Assembly (NCBI GenBank): GCA_002254335.1
Contig: NIVA01000001.1
Coordinates: 1-46,193, forward strand
Source: Bacteroidetes bacterium 4572_114
Lineage (GTDB): Bacteria; Bacteroidota; Bacteroidia; Bacteroidales; 4484-276
DNA length: 46,193 nucleotides
Direction of reading: 5' to 3'
The notes beneath the pieces were generated by a model that made no database searches, was not told where the DNA came from, and saw only the letters and a list, made by a program, of their open reading frames with translations. The position numbers and the translations under genes were made by a program. Positions within the stretch are counted from its first letter, which is position 1. Every line of letters starts with the position of its first letter. Below, piece after piece: positions 8,232 through 18,432 of this stretch.

Positions 8232-8571
8232 GCATTCACATAAAGACTTTAGCAGCATTTTGAATATGCTTGATTCAATAAAAAAGATTCAGGATTATTC
8301 CGCAAAATTTAATAATGCTGATGATTTTTATTATGACTCCATTTCATTCGATGCTACAATGATGAATTTTATAGTAATTGGATAAATGGTATCAAAACTC
8401 TCAGATGATTTTTTATCGGAAACTGACAATTTAATTGATTGGCAAAAAGTTAAGGGATTTAGGAATATTATTGCCCATAATTACTTTGGGGTTGACGCAG
8501 AGGAAGTTTGGCAAATCATCAATGGGGACCTGATAAGTTTAAAAAAGAACCTTGAAAAACTTTCAAAATAA
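8224..8571 (+). pseudogene. HEPN/DUF86 (HepT-type) toxin gene interrupted by an in-frame TAA
   Basis: The frame from ATG 8224 reads MPKHSHKDFSSILNMLDSIKKIQDYSAKFNNADDFYYDSISFDATMMNFIVIG, then TAA at 8383-8385, then MVSKLSDDFLSETDNLIDWQKVKGFRNIIAHNYFGVDAEEVWQII. The RX4H motif (RNIIAH) lies downstream of the stop. The stop occupies the position of the conserved Glu in the family pattern IGE, so a GAA-to-TAA change is likely. Confidence 0.75.
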
Positions 8572-8652
8572 TTATGATAGATTTATCACCGTTTAAACAA
8601 AATCTTTAATTAACTGTTATCATTCAGTTTGGTAACAGTTTTTTTTAACTAC

Positions 8653-9826
8653 ATGAAGAAATCACTCAAAGTTATTGGGGCCGTAATATTCCTCGTCATT
8701 GCTTATCTTGTCGTGCTACAATTTTACCCGAAAAATGCAAGCAGGTTTCCGTTTCTTGCCATTGTATTTCTCGGCGACATCTATCTGTACCGAAGCGTAA
8801 AAAGCTGGATAAATGAACGAAAAGCCTTCTTGAAAAACTTTTTCAGGATATTGTACTGGATACCGTTAATGCTCCTGATCATCACCATTACCATCACTGT
8901 GTTATACCCTTCAAATTGGTGGGACGATGGTGTGAGGACATATATTTTTGGTTTCATTTTCATCGCTTATGCCTCAAAAATAATCCCCATACTGTTTTTG
9001 TTATTTGCTGATTTTATCTGCGGCGTGAGGTGGATAAACCACAAGGCAACACGGGCAATAGAAAAGAAACAAGACCTGCCAATAGGCCAAAAGATAACCC
9101 GTAGCCAGTTCCTGCAAAAAGCCGGATTAGTGTCGGGGGGGATTCTCGGTAGTTGGGCCAACCAACACCCCCTGGAAGATGCAGTTTCAAAAATAAACCA
9201 GCTTCAGCCCGACCTCGTATTTTTTACCGGCGACCTGGTAAACTACAAATCCAATGAAGCCTACAGGTTTGAAAATACTTTGAAAAAGCTGAAATCGAAA
9301 CATGGTATTTATGCTACGCTGGGCAACCACGATTATGGCGATTACACCCGATGGCCCTCCAAAGCTGCCAAAGAACAAAATATGACCGACCTCTACAAAT
9401 TTTACGAACGCCTGGGTTGGAAACTGCTGAACAATGAAAATTGGCGTAGAAAACTGGGGGGATTTTGGAAGGTTCCCAAAATATGGGGATATAGAAAAAG
9501 CCCTTATTGGAACTGAAGATGCCCCGGTTAAACTGTTACTTTCTCACGACCCGACACATTGGGAAAACATAATCAGTAAATATCACAAAGATATCGACAT
9601 CACTTTTGCAGGGCATACACACGGTTTCCAGTTTGGGATTGATGTGGGCAAGTTGAAGTGGAGCCCCGCCCAATGGGTTTATAAACGCTGGGCCGGCTTA
9701 TATGAAAATCCTGCCGCCACTGAAAAACCACAGTTTTTGTATGTTAACCGCGGCCTTGGTACCGTTGGCTACCCGGGGAGGATTGGCATTTTGCCGGAGA
9801 TTACTTTGGTTGAGTTGAGGGCTTAG
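8653..9826 (+). pseudogene. Membrane-anchored metallophosphoesterase (YkuE-like) with an internal deletion/frameshift and probable loss of the first metal-binding motif
   Basis: It is split into two track ORFs (8629-9516 and 9434-9826). The first ends ...GNHDYGDY...LGWKLLNNEN and then goes out of frame. The second resumes at IGVENWG...SHDPTHW...GHTHGFQFG...VNRGLG. Between the TM region and PDLVFFTGDLVN, the expected D-x-H (SDIHSG) block is missing. Confidence 0.7.
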
Positions 9827-9835
9827 GGGAGGTTT

Positions 9836-9912
9836 GGTGTTCGGTGTTCGGTGTTCGGTGTTCGATGTCCGGTGTTTGATGTTAGATGTTTGATGTTAGA
9901 TGTTTGATATTT
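9836..9912. repeat. Heptamer tandem array (11 units, GGTGTTC degenerating to GATGTTT)
   Basis: ggtgttc x4, gatgtcc, ggtgttt, gatgtta, gatgttt, gatgtta, gatgttt, gatattt. It starts 10 nt after the stop at 9826. Confidence 0.85.
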
Positions 9913-9913
9913 C

Positions 9914-9993
9914 AGCATTCAATAATTTAAGCATTCTTGCATTCTCGCATTTAAGCATTTCCCCATTTAAGCATTTCCCCATTCAATCATTCA
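9914..9993. repeat. 8-nt periodic tandem array (nnCATTnn units, about 10 units)
   Basis: agcattca ataattta agcattct tgcattct cgcattta agcatttc cccattta agcatttc cccattca atcattca. It runs into the last codons of the minus-strand gene that ends at 9983. Confidence 0.8.
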
Positions 9994-11449
9994 ACTCAAA
10001 CCAATCCCTTACCAAAACAGTTTTGTCTTCCGGTTCTTTATGATGCCTGAACTCGTTGGTGGTATTATTGTATATATAATCCTTGCCCCAGGTTTTGTGG
10101 TTTTTTTGTACTTGTTTTATGGCATCGATAGTGAAATATAACTCATCGTTGGTCATGGTTGGATGGAGTGAAAGCCTGACCCAGCCTGGCTTTTTAGAAA
10201 GGTCGCCGTGATTGATCAGGTCGGTGATCTCTTTTGATTTGTCGTGGCTTACATCTAACAGGAAATGGCCATAGGTGCCGGCACAGGCACACCCTCCCCT
10301 TACCTGTATGCCAAACTTATCATTCAGAAGTTTTACAACAAGATTAAAGTGTAGGCCGTCTATATAAAAAGAAAATACTCCCAGCCTGTCGTGCACATTG
10401 TCGGCAAGGATGTGCAGACCTGGGATTTTCGACAATTCATCAAAGGCAATTTTCACTAACTCCTTTTCACGATCCTCGATATTTTCCACACCAATATCAT
10501 TTTTCAGCTCAATACAAAGTGCAATTTTAATAGCTTGCAGAAATCCCGGGGTACCTCCATCCTCGCGCAATTCGATATCATCAATGTACTTAAACTCGTC
10601 CCAGGGGTTGGTCCAATCAACAGTTCCGCCACCCGGGTTATCGGGGACCCGGTTGTTGTAAATTGCCGAATTAAAAATCAACACACCTGAGGTTCCCGGC
10701 CCGCCCAAAAACTTATGGGGCGAAAACATTATCGCATCCAGTGCCTCCAATGGATCATCGGGGTGCATATTCATCTCAACATACGGTGCCGAAGCAGCAA
10801 AGTCGATAAAACACAGCCCCCCGGCTTCGTGCATAAGCCTTGCCATTTTATGATAAGGCGTAGATACCCCCGTAACATTGGAACATGCGGTAAAGGAACC
10901 GATTTTCATTTTCCTGTCCTTATATTTTTCGAGTTCCTTACGCAGTTCATCAAGGTCAACTAATAAATCCTTATCCGGTTGCAACAACACTACGTCGGCA
11001 ATGGTCTCCAGCCAGGAGGTATGATTGGAATGGTGTTCCATGTGGGTAATAAAAACAACCGGCCTCTCTTCCGGGGGGAAACAATCTGCATCATCCATTT
11101 TTTGCATGGCCTTAAAGCCAAGTATCCGCTGGAATTTATTCACCACAGAAGTCATCCCCGAGCCTGCTGTTATAATTACATCATTGGGGCCGGCGTTTAC
11201 GTGTTCCTTTATTTTCTTCTGTGCCAGGTGGTAGGCTTTAGTCATCAGGGTGCCAGTTTCGCTGGTTTCGGTATGGGTGTTTCCCACAAAGGGGCCAAAC
11301 TTATAGGAGATTTTTTCTTCGATCGGGCCATAGAGCCTGCCACTTGCTATCCAGTCGGCGTAAAGTATTTTTTTTTCACCAAAGGGTGAAACAAAAGTTT
11401 GATCAATGCCGATAATGTTTTTTCTGTACTTCTCAAAATAGTCTTGCAT
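9983..11449 (-). CDS. Aminotransferase class V-fold PLP-dependent enzyme (cysteine desulfurase/selenocysteine lyase-like)
   Basis: 488 aa. NTHTETSETG, ITAGSGMTS, HSNHTSW and FSPHKFLGGPGTSGVL (PLP-lysine context) are typical of this fold family. Confidence 0.8.
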   Translation of the reverse strand: MQDYFEKYRKNIIGIDQTFVSPFGEKKILYADWIASGRLYGPIEEKISYKFGPFVGNTHTETSETGTLMTKAYHLAQKKIKEHVNAGPNDVIITAGSGMTSVVNKFQRILGFKAMQKMDDADCFPPEERPVVFITHMEHHSNHTSWLETIADVVLLQPDKDLLVDLDELRKELEKYKDRKMKIGSFTACSNVTGVSTPYHKMARLMHEAGGLCFIDFAASAPYVEMNMHPDDPLEALDAIMFSPHKFLGGPGTSGVLIFNSAIYNNRVPDNPGGGTVDWTNPWDEFKYIDDIELREDGGTPGFLQAIKIALCIELKNDIGVENIEDREKELVKIAFDELSKIPGLHILADNVHDRLGVFSFYIDGLHFNLVVKLLNDKFGIQVRGGCACAGTYGHFLLDVSHDKSKEITDLINHGDLSKKPGWVRLSLHPTMTNDELYFTIDAIKQVQKNHKTWGKDYIYNNTTNEFRHHKEPEDKTVLVRDWFELND

Positions 11450-11511
11450 AGTAATGGGCGGTTTAAAAAGTTAGTGCAGTTGGCGGATCATGCTAAAAAT
11501 TTCATGAGACG

Positions 11512-11519
11512 CAAAAGTA
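11512..11519 (-). promoter_or_regulatory. Bacteroidota-type -7 promoter box (TAnnTTTG)
   Basis: The minus strand reads tacttttg, about 62 nt upstream of the ATG at 11449. Confidence 0.35.
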
Positions 11520-11583
11520 CAATTTTAAAGATTAGGGGAGGTTGGGGGGAAGAAGAAGATTGATGAAATGGTGGTAGATTTAT

Positions 11584-11625
11584 TTTTGGGCGGCTGAACC
11601 GGGCTTTCCGTTTGTAGTTGTCTCA
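11584..11625 (+). repeat. Split direct repeat, copy 2 (contiguous form)
   Basis: tttttgggcggctgaac c gggctttccgtttgtagttgtctca. It has the same two modules as 4966-5035 but lacks the 28-nt insert. Confidence 0.8.
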
Positions 11626-11800
11626 TGCCGGCTGGTTTTTGTAAGTGGTGCGTGGGCTTCGTTCCTCAGCCTCCGCCCACCAACAAAAACTACAGCCGCC
11701 ATTTTAACAAGCTACCACTTCAATCCCTGCCGCATCATCACTGCAAATTCCCTTAGCGACTCAAAGTCGCTTAGGGAATAAAACAGAACTTGCCAAAAAC

Positions 11801-11830
11801 AAAAAAAGGCCTCGTAAAGAAGCCTTTTTT
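11801..11830 (-). terminator. Rho-independent terminator-like hairpin downstream of the 11850-12563 gene
   Basis: aaaaaaggc / gcctttttt form a 9-bp stem with an 11-nt loop and are U-rich on both strands. The hairpin lies 19 nt after the stop. Confidence 0.6.
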
Positions 11831-11849
11831 GTGATACAGTTGATCAATT

Positions 11850-12563
11850 TTATTTCTCGATCTTCGTCAATTCGGAGGAGCTGATTAGCTTTCCTTTCTT
11901 GTTATAAATCTCAGTTTTTACAATACCAATATCCTCAGCCAACCAGGTAACTTCAGAAGTAGTCATTTTCATAACAGCCTTAACTTCTGCATTCTGAGTT
12001 AACTTATGACACTCGAAAGTACCTGCCGGGGTTGTAATTGTTTCCTTCGCCACAACTTTACGGTTAGAAATATTTACCGTAACAGTCATCATCGGGAAAC
12101 CGTTGGTAAGTACTTTAACCGTTACCGACCCGTCAGGAAGCTGCCCGCCCACATTAAGTTCAGCAGGATAGTAAATATCCTCTCCGTCAACAATTACATC
12201 CATATCAGGGTTGCCCTCGTACTCCTCCATATTCATATCATTCATGTAATTATCAAGGTCGAAATAAAATTTCCCATCCTCACACCTTACTTCCATTTCC
12301 GACTTTACCTCATTTTTGCCTTTGGCATCCCGCGAACTTTGTTCGAATACAACTATTAGTGCGCCATCAACCTCATTCTTCTCAAGAATTTTCTGGGAGG
12401 TATATCCTGAAACTTTACCTTTTTTATCGTAATTGGTCATTTCAAGCAAGGTACCTTCCTCGGTGGGAAAATAAAATTTACACTCCTGGGCCGATAACCC
12501 AAAAGAAAAACCAGAACCAATAACAAAGAAGAATAAAAAAACCATGTATTTATTTGTATTCAT
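11850..12563 (-). CDS. Secreted hypothetical protein
   Basis: 237 aa with signal peptide MNTNKYMVFLFFFVIGSGFSFGLSAQ. The composition is beta-rich. I recognise no motif. Confidence 0.7.
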   Translation of the reverse strand: MNTNKYMVFLFFFVIGSGFSFGLSAQECKFYFPTEEGTLLEMTNYDKKGKVSGYTSQKILEKNEVDGALIVVFEQSSRDAKGKNEVKSEMEVRCEDGKFYFDLDNYMNDMNMEEYEGNPDMDVIVDGEDIYYPAELNVGGQLPDGSVTVKVLTNGFPMMTVTVNISNRKVVAKETITTPAGTFECHKLTQNAEVKAVMKMTTSEVTWLAEDIGIVKTEIYNKKGKLISSSELTKIEK

Positions 12564-12586
12564 ATTTTCTAAATTTAAAGAGGAAT

Positions 12587-12627
12587 AAAAAAAGAGGCAT
12601 CTGATTTTGTTAAAATCAAATGCCTCT
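12587..12627 (-). terminator. Rho-independent terminator downstream of eno
   Basis: 16-bp stem with 1 mismatch (12593-12608 with 12612-12627), a 3-nt loop, and a U run on the minus-strand transcript (plus-strand A run 12587-12592). It lies 15 nt after the eno stop. Confidence 0.75.
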
Positions 12628-12641
12628 AATAAATAAAATAT

Positions 12642-13931
<1,290 letters not shown>

Positions 13932-13969
13932 TTATAAAATATTTTTTAGTTAATAATTCGTCTTTACAT

Positions 13970-14005
13970 AAAAAAAGGATAAAACTTTTTAGAGCCTCAT
14001 CCTTT
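13970..14005 (-). terminator. Terminator-like hairpin downstream of rplQ
   Basis: aaaggat / atccttt form a 7-bp stem with an 18-nt loop, followed by a U run on the minus transcript. It lies 35 nt after the rplQ stop. Confidence 0.5.
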
Positions 14006-14039
14006 CAAATTTTATTACATTATTTTAAGCGTTGCCCCT

Positions 14040-14699
14040 CTATTCAACTTTCTTTTCCGCTCCGTCACCTTTTTTTGGGCCTTCTTCTTTTGCTTTACCC
14101 TCTTCTGCCTTTTCTTCTTTGGCCGATCCCGCAACAGGTCCTTCTTCTGCTTTAGGCTCTTCGGTTACAGTTTCCGGTGTTTCTACAACATCAGAAATAG
14201 CTTCGTCTTTTACTTCTTCCCCGACTACAGCAGTTGTGGCTGCATTTTGGGAATCCTTAGGCTTGGATGATCCACCACCTCTTCTTCTTTTCCTCTTCCC
14301 GGCAGTTTTCGGGGCTTCTTTTTCGGCAGCGAGCATGTGCTCGTTATAATCTACCAGCTCTATGAAGCACATTTCGGCATTATCGCCAAGCCTGTTGGGC
14401 ATTTTAATTATCCTGGTATATCCACCCGGACGATCGGCCACTTTGGTTGAAACCTCCCTAAACAGTTCATTTACGGCTTCTTTGCTCTGAAGGTAGCTAA
14501 ACACCATCCTTCTCGAATGGGTCGTATCTTCTTTAGACCTTGTTATGAGTGGCTCGACATATGACCTTAAAGCTTTTGCCTTTGCCAGTGTGGTTGTAAT
14601 ATGTTTGTGCAATATCAATGATGTTGCCATATTAGACAGCATCGCCTTTCGGTGTGCGCTCGTCCTGCTTAAATGATTGAATTTCCTACGGTGTCTCAT
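14040..14699 (-). CDS. rplQ: 50S ribosomal protein L17 with about 95-aa Lys/Glu-rich C-terminal extension
   Basis: The N-terminus [24 protein letters not shown]...GGYTRI matches L17. The tail [19 protein letters not shown]...[23 protein letters not shown] is low complexity. Confidence 0.95.
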   Translation of the reverse strand: MRHRRKFNHLSRTSAHRKAMLSNMATSLILHKHITTTLAKAKALRSYVEPLITRSKEDTTHSRRMVFSYLQSKEAVNELFREVSTKVADRPGGYTRIIKMPNRLGDNAEMCFIELVDYNEHMLAAEKEAPKTAGKRKRRRGGGSSKPKDSQNAATTAVVGEEVKDEAISDVVETPETVTEEPKAEEGPVAGSAKEEKAEEGKAKEEGPKKGDGAEKKVE

Positions 14700-14706
14700 T
14701 TTTCAA

Positions 14707-15699
14707 TTATTCCTTATCTAATTTGTATTTCGAAACATTCATCCCAAACTCCAGGTTCTTTGCTTTAACCAATTCCTCAAGTTCGGTCAATGATTTTTTA
14801 CCAAAATTCCTGAATTTCAAAAGATCATTTTTGTTAAAGGCAACCAGCTCCCCCAAGGTTTCAACATCTGCAGCCTTGAGGCAGTTAAGTGCCCTGACCG
14901 AAAGATCCATATCAACTAATTTGGTTTTCAACAATTGCCTTACATGGAGTGAATTTTCATCAAATTCCTCTGTTACGTTTTTCTCTTCTGTTTCAAGGGT
15001 GATCTTTTCATCGGAAAAGAGCATAAAATGGTGGATCAATATTTTAGCTGCTTCCTGAAGGGCATCTTTTGGATGTATCGATCCATCAGAATCAATTAGG
15101 AAGATTAATTTTTCGTAGTCGGTTTTTTGTTCTACCCTTACATTCTCCACATTAAACTTTACATTCTTGATGGGAGTATGGATTGAGTCGATGGCAATAG
15201 TGCCCATCGGGGCGTTCAGCACCTTATTTTCTTCAGCTGGGACGTAGCCCCTGCCTTTGTTTATGGTAAGCTCGATGGACAGCTTAACTGTAGGTTCCAT
15301 ACTGCAAACAACTACATCGGGATTAAGTACTTGAAACACCGATAGGTACTTATTAATGTCACCTGCCCTAAAGGTATCTTGCCCTGAAATTACAATATGT
15401 ACTTTTTCGCTGACCTCTTCCTCGACAAGCCTCTTGAACCGGATTTTTTTTATGTTCAGAAGTACTTCGGCCACATCCTCTAATACTCCTTTAATGGTAG
15501 AAAATTCCTGTTCAACTCCTTCGATCCTAACAGTTGTAATTGCAAAGCCCTCCAAAGATGACAGAAGTATCCTGCGCAAGGCATTACCGATGGTTATACC
15601 GAACCCGGGCTCCAAAGGGCGAAATTCAAATTTGCCTTTGAAATCATCAGATTCAAGCATTATCACTTTATCCGGCTTTTGAAATGCTAAAATTGCCAT
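14707..15699 (-). CDS. rpoA: DNA-directed RNA polymerase subunit alpha
   Basis: 330 aa. [17 protein letters not shown] and the C-terminal [10 protein letters not shown] motif are present. It sits in the alpha-operon position. Confidence 0.97.
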   Translation of the reverse strand: MAILAFQKPDKVIMLESDDFKGKFEFRPLEPGFGITIGNALRRILLSSLEGFAITTVRIEGVEQEFSTIKGVLEDVAEVLLNIKKIRFKRLVEEEVSEKVHIVISGQDTFRAGDINKYLSVFQVLNPDVVVCSMEPTVKLSIELTINKGRGYVPAEENKVLNAPMGTIAIDSIHTPIKNVKFNVENVRVEQKTDYEKLIFLIDSDGSIHPKDALQEAAKILIHHFMLFSDEKITLETEEKNVTEEFDENSLHVRQLLKTKLVDMDLSVRALNCLKAADVETLGELVAFNKNDLLKFRNFGKKSLTELEELVKAKNLEFGMNVSKYKLDKE

Positions 15700-15745
15700 A
15701 ATTTAAACCTTTAGCTTTTAAATGTTAATTTATTATCAAAGAATC

Positions 15746-16351
15746 TTACTTGGAGTACAATTCAACAATAAGCTGTTCATTGATGTTTTCAGGGATTTCG
15801 CCCCTTTCGGGGTAGTTTAAAAACTTCCCAGCCATCTTTTCATCGTCCCATTCAAGCCACGAAAAAGCATTTGCCCTTGATGACAACGACTCGGTAACAA
15901 CTTCCAAAGATTTGGATCTTTCGCGCACACTGACAATATCGCCGGGCCTTACTGAAAAGGAGGGGACATTAACTAAATTTCCGTTAACCGTTATATGACG
16001 GTGTGACACAAATTGCCTGGCCGCCGACCGTGTTGGTGAAATACCCATACGGAAAACAACATTATCGAGACGAGCCTCAATTAATTGAAGCAATACCTCA
16101 CCGGTAACACCTTTTTTACGGGTAGCCTTGAAAAAAGTGTTCCGGAATTGCCTTTCAAGAATCCCATATGTATATTTGGCCTTTTGTTTTTCTGCCAACT
16201 GAACACCGTATTCAGAGGTCTTCTTCCTCCTTTTGTTTTGACCGTGCTGCCCGGGTGGATAATTTTTCTTTTCAAAGTTCTTATCTGCCCCGAATAACGG
16301 TTCACCAAACTTTCTTGAAATCTTTGTTTTTGGCCCTGTATATCTTGCCAT
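15746..16351 (-). CDS. rpsD: 30S ribosomal protein S4
   Basis: [17 protein letters not shown]..., 201 aa. Confidence 0.97.
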   Translation of the reverse strand: MARYTGPKTKISRKFGEPLFGADKNFEKKNYPPGQHGQNKRRKKTSEYGVQLAEKQKAKYTYGILERQFRNTFFKATRKKGVTGEVLLQLIEARLDNVVFRMGISPTRSAARQFVSHRHITVNGNLVNVPSFSVRPGDIVSVRERSKSLEVVTESLSSRANAFSWLEWDDEKMAGKFLNYPERGEIPENINEQLIVELYSK

Positions 16352-16399
16352 TTTTATCTATAAATTAAAAATTGATATCTAAAATTCAAATAATAAGCC

Positions 16400-16795
16400 T
16401 TACACCCTTCTACGCTTAGGCGGACGACAACCATTATGTGGCAATGGGGTAACATCATTAATTTCGGTTACTTCAATACCTGAAGCATGAATGTTACGAA
16501 TAGCCGATTCACGTCCTGAGCCAGGCCCTTTTACATATACCTTAACTTTGCGCAAGCCAAGGTCGAAGGCTTTTTTGGAACAATCTTCTGCAGCCGTTTG
16601 GGCAGCGTAAGGGGTATTCTTTTTGGAACCCCTGAAACCCATCTTCCCTGAAGATGACCAAGAGATTACCTCACCGCCATTATTGGTCAGTGTAATAATA
16701 ATATTGTTAAATGAAGCTTTGATGTAGGCCCTTCCGTAAGGTTCAACCTTTACAACCCTTTTTTTTGTGCTTCTGCCTTTAGTTGTTTTTGCCAT
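16400..16795 (-). CDS. rpsK: 30S ribosomal protein S11
   Basis: [19 protein letters not shown]...[16 protein letters not shown]. Confidence 0.97.
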   Translation of the reverse strand: MAKTTKGRSTKKRVVKVEPYGRAYIKASFNNIIITLTNNGGEVISWSSSGKMGFRGSKKNTPYAAQTAAEDCSKKAFDLGLRKVKVYVKGPGSGRESAIRNIHASGIEVTEINDVTPLPHNGCRPPKRRRV

Positions 16796-16862
16796 ATCTC
16801 TTTATTCTTTCTGAACCATGCAACCGTAAACATACGGGGATTGATTCAAATACAATCATTTA

Positions 16863-17243
16863 TTAACCTTTTGCTGCCTTCTTTTTGTTAGCAACTGTCT
16901 TTTTACGACCTTTACGGGTACGGGCATTGTTTTTAGTTCCCTGACCGCGCAATGGCAAACCAATACGATGACGGATCCCACGGTAGGTGCCTATATCCAT
17001 TAAGCGTTTGATGTTCATTTGGATTTCTGACCTCACTGCACCTTCAACCTTATAATCATCATTGATGATCTGCCTGATTTTGTTTTGCTCGTCATCAGAC
17101 CAGTCTTGAACTTTTTTATTAGGATCAACTTTAGCTTTGGTCAAAATTTCAAAAGCAAGGCTTCTGCCAATTCCATACACATAAGTTAACCCTATGACGC
17201 CCCTTTTATTTTTCGGTAAGTCGTTACCTGCAATACGTGCCAT
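16863..17243 (-). CDS. rpsM: 30S ribosomal protein S13
   Basis: [26 protein letters not shown]...[24 protein letters not shown]. Confidence 0.97.
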   Translation of the reverse strand: MARIAGNDLPKNKRGVIGLTYVYGIGRSLAFEILTKAKVDPNKKVQDWSDDEQNKIRQIINDDYKVEGAVRSEIQMNIKRLMDIGTYRGIRHRIGLPLRGQGTKNNARTRKGRKKTVANKKKAAKG

Positions 17244-17263
17244 AATTTTATTTATTTGTTTTA

Positions 17264-17380
17264 TTAACCCTGCCTCTGTTTGAACCTGGGATTTTTTTTG
17301 TTGATCACATACAACCGCCCTTTGCGGCGAACAATCTTACAATCTGCTGTTCTTTTTTTAACTGATGCCCTGACTTTCAT
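17264..17380 (-). CDS. rpmJ: 50S ribosomal protein L36
   Basis: Too short for the ORF track. Manual translation gives [38 protein letters not shown] (38 aa), in the expected slot between infA and rpsM. Confidence 0.95.
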   Translation of the reverse strand: MKVRASVKKRTADCKIVRRKGRLYVINKKNPRFKQRQG

Positions 17381-17391
17381 ATCATTAAATG

Positions 17392-17610
17392 TTACTTGTA
17401 CCTGAATGTAATACGTCCTTTAGATAAATCATAAGGTGACATGGCAATTTTCACACGGTCGCCAGGTAAGATTTTAATATAATGCATACGCATTTTTCCT
17501 GATATATGGGCAGTAATAACATGCCCGTTTTCTAATTCTACCCTGAACATAGCGTTACCCAGTGATTCGATCACGGTACCATCTTGTTCTATAACCGGTT
17601 GCTTTGCCAT
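17392..17610 (-). CDS. infA: Translation initiation factor IF-1
   Basis: 72 aa. [33 protein letters not shown]. Confidence 0.97.
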   Translation of the reverse strand: MAKQPVIEQDGTVIESLGNAMFRVELENGHVITAHISGKMRMHYIKILPGDRVKIAMSPYDLSKGRITFRYK

Positions 17611-18413
17611 TATGATTCCATTATTGTTTTTTTAATATCTGTGTTATTTAAAGCTTCTTCAATGTACTTAAAGGTTGATAAAATTTCAGCTTTGCCTTTT
17701 CTTACTACAATATCATGTTCAAAGTGTGCGCTTGGTAACCTGTCGGCAGTCCTGATGGTCCAGCCATCCTTGTCCTGGGTAACCTTTTTCACCCCCAGGT
17801 TAATCATCGGTTCAATTGCAAGCACCATTCCTGCTTTTAATTCCTTTCCCCTGCCCCGTCTGCCAAAGTTTGGCACTTCGGGCTTCTCGTGAAGGTTACT
17901 TCCTAACCCGTGCCCAACCAAATCGCGTACTACCGAATACCCAAAACTTTCAACATGCGACTGGACTGCATGACCAATGTCCCCAATCCTCTTTCCTGCC
18001 ACAGCAGTTTCAATGGCCAAATACAACGACTCCTGTGTCCGCTTCATAAGCATCAACACTTTTTCATCTACCTCGCCAACTGCAAAGGTGTAGGCTGAAT
18101 CACCAAAATAGCCATTCTTTTTTACACCACAATCCACGGACACAATATCACTGTCCTTCAACTCCCTTTTACCTGGGATTCCATGTACCACCTCATCATT
18201 TACTGATATGCACAAGGTGCCGGGAAATCCATTATATCCTAAAAACCCGGGGATCCCCTGATTATCGCGGATGAATTCTTCAGCTATCCTGTCAAGTACA
18301 ATAGTTTGCACCCCCGGGATTATGTGTTTAGCTACCTCGGCCAAAGTTTTACCAACAAGTAAAGAACTCTCTTTTATTATTTGTATCTCTTCCTCTGTCT
18401 TAATCGGAATCAT
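17610..18413 (-). CDS. map: Type I methionine aminopeptidase
   Basis: 267 aa. The metal-ligand contexts VVHGIP, DCG, GHGLG and AIEPM, plus EH, are present. Confidence 0.95.
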   Translation of the reverse strand: MIPIKTEEEIQIIKESSLLVGKTLAEVAKHIIPGVQTIVLDRIAEEFIRDNQGIPGFLGYNGFPGTLCISVNDEVVHGIPGKRELKDSDIVSVDCGVKKNGYFGDSAYTFAVGEVDEKVLMLMKRTQESLYLAIETAVAGKRIGDIGHAVQSHVESFGYSVVRDLVGHGLGSNLHEKPEVPNFGRRGRGKELKAGMVLAIEPMINLGVKKVTQDKDGWTIRTADRLPSAHFEHDIVVRKGKAEILSTFKYIEEALNNTDIKKTIMES

Positions 18414-18432
18414 TGCACGAACTTTCTTTTTT

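Noticed and set aside
8629-9826. The two overlapping metallophosphoesterase ORFs might be a programmed frameshift or two genuine genes.
   Set aside because: Family-conserved residues are missing at the junction, and a second upstream motif block is absent. There is no slippery heptamer at 9425-9440. Deletion is the simpler reading.
9836-9993. The tandem arrays might be a CRISPR array.
   Set aside because: The units are only 7-8 nt with no spacers, and there are no cas genes in the window.
11749-11778. A strong 13-bp hairpin (ttcccttagcgac tca aagtcgcttagggaa) lies in the 11450-11849 gap.
   Set aside because: It is a single occurrence, lies beyond the likely terminator and has no flanking signals. 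I cannot assign a role to it.
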